Positions 62,773 to 64,000 of a DNA stretch of 64,000 bases are shown in pieces. This DNA is from Azolla caroliniana (Eukaryota > Plantae > Polypodiophyta): the NCBI GenBank assembly GCA_043228905.1, contig JBHGNT010000014.1, positions 16,802,001-16,866,000 on the forward strand. Direction: 5' to 3'. The position numbers and the translations under genes were made by a program. The first letter of the stretch is position 1; each line of letters starts with the position of its first letter. The notes beneath the pieces were generated by a model. It was not told the DNA's origin, ran no database searches, and saw nothing but the letters and a program-made list of their open reading frames with translations.

Positions 62773-63388
62773 ATGCCAATCTTCATATCTACTACCTTAC
62801 GCCGATGGCTCGTGGAGAAACACTTGGATGGGTACATCCGGGTCGCAGAAGCACCCCCACACCTGGATGCCATGGACATCTCCAGGAAGCTTAACATCGA
62901 CACGGTCACCAACTCCTCCATCCGGAAGAAGTTGGACCTGTCATCGCTAGGCGAAAGGCATTTCGAAATCCCTCATGTAGAGGCGCTGCAACGATATTTC
63001 GGGCCATATTCCTCCTCTGCCAAGGCCTATAGAACAAAGCAGATCCCGGATCCCTTCTTCCGTGAAGTTGTCAAGTTCCTGCTAGAAGTCGGTTGCGTAC
63101 ATGTCAACGCATATGGGATGCCCAAGCAGAAGGCGGGCATCATTATTGATACCTTTGAAGGCCATGCGGTCGATTGGGGGGTCATCACAGGACCGGCGTT
63201 AAGGGAAGGCATGCATGCGTATCAGGCAGGCAAAAAGCTCAGGCCGATCATACAACATTACCTTACGATACTATTCCCACCCTGAGGCCTGCCGGCACCG
63301 TAGCCCAGCCGACCCACGCCCCTGCCCCGATCCGTGAAGCGCAGGTTAGCGGCCCTAGAGTGGGAAGAGGAACCCCAACCCGCCCAGC
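62773..63388 (+). pseudogene. Additional sense ORF 3' of pol, unknown function
   Basis: 170-aa open frame (62773-63285) behind a pyrimidine-rich leader. A Pro-rich frame continues through two stops up to the solo LTR insertion. Confidence 0.65.
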
Positions 63389-63826
63389 TGTTGTCCGCAG
63401 GAATAGTAACCGACGGCCAAAAGCGTAGGAATAAGAAACTATATAAAGCGTAACGTATGTAACGGTTCACGCTTCCCCGCGTGAATGGCTAATTAGACCC
63501 TGCATATATAAAGGGCAGAAAACCTCTTAAGGAGGTGCATGTAAATTTTGAGAATTGTAAAAGAACGCCTGATAATAGAATACTATCTTCTCTGAGTTTC
63601 TGTGTATAGCTATGACTAATTCAGTGTCTGTCTCGGATACATAAGCGTAGTAGTACGTAAGCGCAACCTGTGATAAGGAGTCGGTTGTAGCCGTCTCCCC
63701 TTACACACGGAGGAACCACAACGGTTCTCTTCTTACGCAGTACGCTTAAGCTCTGTTCGTTGTTCGCACTCACCTTGGGGTCTAGGTCGACGGACTGACC
63801 CCGGACCGTGTTCCTAAGAGGCAACA
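63389..63826 (+). mobile_element. Solo LTR (438 bp) related to the LTR at 56609-57046
   Basis: TGTTG..CAACA termini, flanked by CCAGC/CCAAC (TSD with one mismatch). There is no PPT before it and no PBS after it. Confidence 0.85.
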
Positions 63827-64000
63827 CCAACCAGACACGAGGACAACACCTACCGACTAGCCGGACACACGGACAACGCAGGAGGAACAACCGGCACGTT
63901 CCATGGAAGCAGCCCCAGAGCTAGACACTGAAACACGGCAGGATAGCCCCAGACCGAAACGGCGTAGATTGGACAGGAAAGATGGGTGGGGGTTGGTCAA

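Larger units (their letters stand above)
56609..64000 (+). mobile_element. Degenerate non-chromovirus Ty3/Gypsy element with an extra 3' ORF; runs off the window
   Basis: 5' LTR 56609-57046 (TGTTG..TAACA) and PBS TGGCACGC at 57051. Gag from about 57335, then protease (IDDGSG), RT (VDYQKLN, FLEDFAV), RNase H (VDASDIAIG) and integrase ([20 protein letters not shown]). Many premature stops. Confidence 0.93.

Noticed and set aside
56609-63826. Complete element bounded by the two 438-bp LTRs
   Set aside because: The outer flanks differ (CATGG versus CCAAC), there is no PPT, and the second LTR has its own TSD.

Overview
Eukaryotic plant nuclear DNA, rich in repeats. A seed-free land plant such as a fern, lycophyte or moss is inferred from the TE lineages and microsatellite texture, not proven. 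Host genes are one multi-exon bHLH gene of the LRL/subfamily XI type on the minus strand (13613-16711, with a GC-AG intron) and one intact nuclear tRNA-His(GUG). A degenerate organelle-type tRNA-Trp 3' half lies nearby. The left 36 kb also holds a Copia 3' end and three 5'-truncated LINE insertions, two of them with clear TSDs. From 36.4 kb to the end the window is a nest of elements. A degenerate Tcn1-like chromovirus carries a Copia-type solo LTR and is followed by a Sola1-like DDD transposase relic and a truncated LTR element. A degenerate Copia is interrupted by a young, intact chromodomain Ty3/Gypsy element (apparently identical 456-bp TG..TA LTRs, 1477-aa ORF). A degenerate non-chromovirus Gypsy has an extra 3' ORF that is interrupted by a solo LTR of its own family. 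The most unusual signals are an array of five GAGGT-N4-ACCTC hairpins in the structured, probably spliced 1.7-kb leader of the intact Gypsy, and a Tf1-like self-priming PBS, perfect heat-shock element and tRNA-like segment in the Tcn1-like element. A palindromic repeat array also sits in front of a TATA box with no ORF behind it. All coordinates were read by eye and may be off by a few bases. About 20-28 kb and 29.5-33.5 kb are old AT-rich sequence that I could not resolve.
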